Below, one piece after another: positions 62,022-64,000 of a stretch of DNA of 64,000 nucleotides. Each line of letters opens with the position of its first letter. The first letter of the stretch is position 1. This stretch comes from Pseudomonadota bacterium (GTDB lineage: Bacteria; Pseudomonadota; Gammaproteobacteria; Burkholderiales; Burkholderiaceae_C), in NCBI GenBank assembly GCA_040385425.1, contig JAZKHK010000030.1, positions 947 to 64,946 on the forward strand. Direction: 5' to 3'. The notes under the pieces are model-generated. The model was not told the origin of the DNA. It did not search any database and was given only the letters and a program-made list of their open reading frames with translations. Made by a program: the position numbers and the translations under genes.

Positions 62022-62162
62022 CGGGTTGATGACATCCGACAGCAAAAGGCGGCCTCGTCCTACAAACTCAAGCGGCTGACGCCGATGGTTGGGGCCTAGC
62101 GTTGCTTTTACAGTTTGTTCAATGGCTGACCCCGCCACCCGTGAACACCGCAGGAGCTTCTG

Positions 62163-62735
62163 ATGAATAAAAAAAATGGCCATCCCGCTATGAATCAACT
62201 CTCGGCTGTTGCGCAGGACAGTATCGTGCTGGACGAAGACGCCATCAATGCCGCACGGCGCAGTCTGGAGGAGGGCGCCGTGACTCCGAGTTCCGGTTTG
62301 TGGCGCCAGGACATCGTCAAGCTGCTCAATGATTCCCTGGCGACCGAGTTGATCTGTGTGCTGCGCTACAAGCGCCACCATTTCACCGCCAAAGGCTTGG
62401 CGTCGGCAAAGATTGCCGAGGAATTTCTGGTGCACGCGAATGCGGAGTCGGCCCATGCGGACTGGATTGCCCAGCGCATTGTTCAGCTCGGAGGCGAGCC
62501 CGATTTTTCACCCGACTCGCTGAGCCAGCGCAGCCACGCCGAGTACGACGACTCAACAGATCTCAAAGCGATGATCAAAGCCAACCTGATTGCTGAACGC
62601 CTCGCCATTGAGGTTTACAGCCAGCTCATTGCCTTGATCGGCGACAAGGACTCCACCACCCGGCGCCTGCTGGAAGACATTTTGAAGGAGGAGCAGGAAC
62701 ACGCTGAAGAGCTGAAGGACTGGCTCGCCGAGTGA
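62163..62735 (+). CDS. Ferritin-like/bacterioferritin-related protein
   Basis: GAVT, LN..LATELICVLRYKRH, E..HAD.IA.RI.QLGG.P, AER.AI..Y, EQEHA. Confidence 0.9.
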   Translation: MNKKNGHPAMNQLSAVAQDSIVLDEDAINAARRSLEEGAVTPSSGLWRQDIVKLLNDSLATELICVLRYKRHHFTAKGLASAKIAEEFLVHANAESAHADWIAQRIVQLGGEPDFSPDSLSQRSHAEYDDSTDLKAMIKANLIAERLAIEVYSQLIALIGDKDSTTRRLLEDILKEEQEHAEELKDWLAE

Positions 62736-62822
62736 GTTGCTCGCAGTTTTCCGCCCTGGGGTGGTGGGGCTCATCATCACCCGATTGTTCTGTCACACAT
62801 TAACTCTATCTGGAGATTCACC

Positions 62823-63137
62823 ATGTTGATCCGTACCACTCTTGCCGCAAGCATGACCGCCCTTGTTTTGTTGACCGCCACGGGCTGCGCCGTCACCCGC
62901 GGCCAGGAAACCGTGGGCGCTTACGTTGACGACTCAGCTATTACCACGTCGGTCAAGGCGCGCTTCGTCGATAACAAAGAGGTTGATGCGAGTGCGATCA
63001 GCGTCGAGACGCTTAAAGGCACGGTCATGCTCTCAGGTTTTGCCAAGAGTGCCAACGAAAAGAACATGGCAGAAACCATCGCGCGTGGTGTGAAGGGCGT
63101 GACTTCGGTTCGCAACGAAATTGCCATTCGTCCTTAA
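62823..63137 (+). CDS. BON-domain lipoprotein (OsmY-like)
   Basis: Lipobox ATGC; VGAYVDDSAITT.VKA, ISVET..G.V.LSGFA, GV.SVRN.I. Confidence 0.92.
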   Translation: MLIRTTLAASMTALVLLTATGCAVTRGQETVGAYVDDSAITTSVKARFVDNKEVDASAISVETLKGTVMLSGFAKSANEKNMAETIARGVKGVTSVRNEIAIRP

Positions 63138-63168
63138 ATCCGGGACCTGATGCCCTGACACCCCGGTC

Positions 63169-63816
63169 TTAAAACCTCTCCGCGCTGACAAAGCGCAGGG
63201 GTTCGGTGTTGACAGGGTGGCTGAGTTCAAGTGAGCAAGCATGCAGTTGCAGGCGATCCGACATCGCCTGCACGCGCGTGCAGGCATACAGGGCATCGCC
63301 CACAATGGCGTGGCCCAAGGCCAGCAGATGCACGCGCAACTGGTGGGATCGCCCCGTAACCGGTTCGAGTTCGACCCGGGTGGTGTTTGCGCTCAAGTCA
63401 TGGGACAGCACGCGCCAGCGCGTCATGCTCGGCTTGCCATTTTCGTGGTCAATCATCCGGCGGGGCCGGTTGGGCCAGTCCACGATGATCGGCAAGTCGA
63501 TCACGCCCCAGCTTTCAGGCGGCGGCGCGAGCTGCCCGTCAACCACGGCGATGTAGCGTTTGGTCACAGCCCGACTGGAAAAAGCATGGTTCAGACTGCG
63601 TTGGGTGTCAAGGCCGCGCGCCATCACCATCAGCCCGGAAGTGGCCATGTCCAGGCGGTGCACGATCAGCGCATCGGGAAATTGGCGTTGCGCCCGTGCA
63701 CTCAGGCAGTCTTGTTTGTCAGCACCACGGCCCGGCACCGACAGCAGACCGGCGGGCTTGTCCAGCACCAGCAGGGCATCGTCGACGTACAGCACCGCCA
63801 GCGCATCAGACTGCAT
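63169..63816 (-). CDS. RluA-family pseudouridine synthase
   Basis: DKPAGLLSVPG, HRLDMATSG, TGRSHQLRVH, GD.LY, LHA. Confidence 0.93.
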   Translation of the reverse strand: MQSDALAVLYVDDALLVLDKPAGLLSVPGRGADKQDCLSARAQRQFPDALIVHRLDMATSGLMVMARGLDTQRSLNHAFSSRAVTKRYIAVVDGQLAPPPESWGVIDLPIIVDWPNRPRRMIDHENGKPSMTRWRVLSHDLSANTTRVELEPVTGRSHQLRVHLLALGHAIVGDALYACTRVQAMSDRLQLHACSLELSHPVNTEPLRFVSAERF

Positions 63817-64000
63817 CGTTGATTTGCAGGAGCCGCTGCAAAGTCTCACACATCTCATCCACGTCGTTGGGCTTGTGAATCAGGGCGCGCGCCCCTTCTG
63901 CCAATGCGCTTTTCTCGATCTCGGGCGTGACGTAGCCCGAGGCCAGCGCGATGGGGAGATCGGGGCGAATCAGGCGGGCTTCATGCAGCAGATCGATGCC
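63806..64000 (-). CDS. C-terminal receiver domain of a response regulator or hybrid kinase (partial)
   Basis: Minus-strand frame GIDLLHEARLIRPDLPIALASGYVTPEIEKSALAEGARALIHKPNDVDEMCETLQRLLQINDAV*. Confidence 0.85.
   Translation of the reverse strand, partial: GIDLLHEARLIRPDLPIALASGYVTPEIEKSALAEGARALIHKPNDVDEMCETLQRLLQINDAV

Overview
This is a chromosomal window from a betaproteobacterium, probably Comamonadaceae (Rhodoferax/Polaromonas-like). The taxonomy is inferred from gene content and protein style. About 1-45 kb is a compact denitrification supercluster. It holds a clade II (Sec-type) nos operon (nosZ, c553, c4, nosB, nosD, nosG, continuing off the left edge) divergent from nirS-nirT-nirB-[NirN-like paralog]; nirE and nirCF(DL)GHJN for heme d1 synthesis; cNor (norC-norB-norQ-[membrane polyferredoxin]-norD) flanked by two near-identical DNR-type regulators plus nnrS; narXL; and napDAGHB. 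An accessory block of about 9 kb separates nir from nor: MltB-like, LysR/MBL/DsbA, a truncated ORF, NRDE/MYG1/hydrolase/AlkD, phasin and DUF455. About 47.5-63 kb looks like a general-stress or osmoprotection island. It contains a Cys-repeat secreted protein, a glycine-zipper lipoprotein, a CHASE3 kinase with two response regulators, DUF1328, a DUF883-like protein, a Crp-family regulator, a 2832-aa cyclic beta-1,2-glucan synthase, a ferritin-like protein and a BON protein. The most notable non-annotated signals are: (i) a recurring TGTAGG-N6-CTGACA/CCTACA operator across the stress island; (ii) a heme-c-less, His-less NirN paralog in the nirS operon; (iii) non-canonical CTTAA-N6-TTAAG boxes at nosZ, nirS and norC with class II promoter spacing; and (iv) a fixed-spacing ~55-bp intergenic repeat after three denitrification operons. 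I saw no rRNA, tRNA, CRISPR array or transposase.
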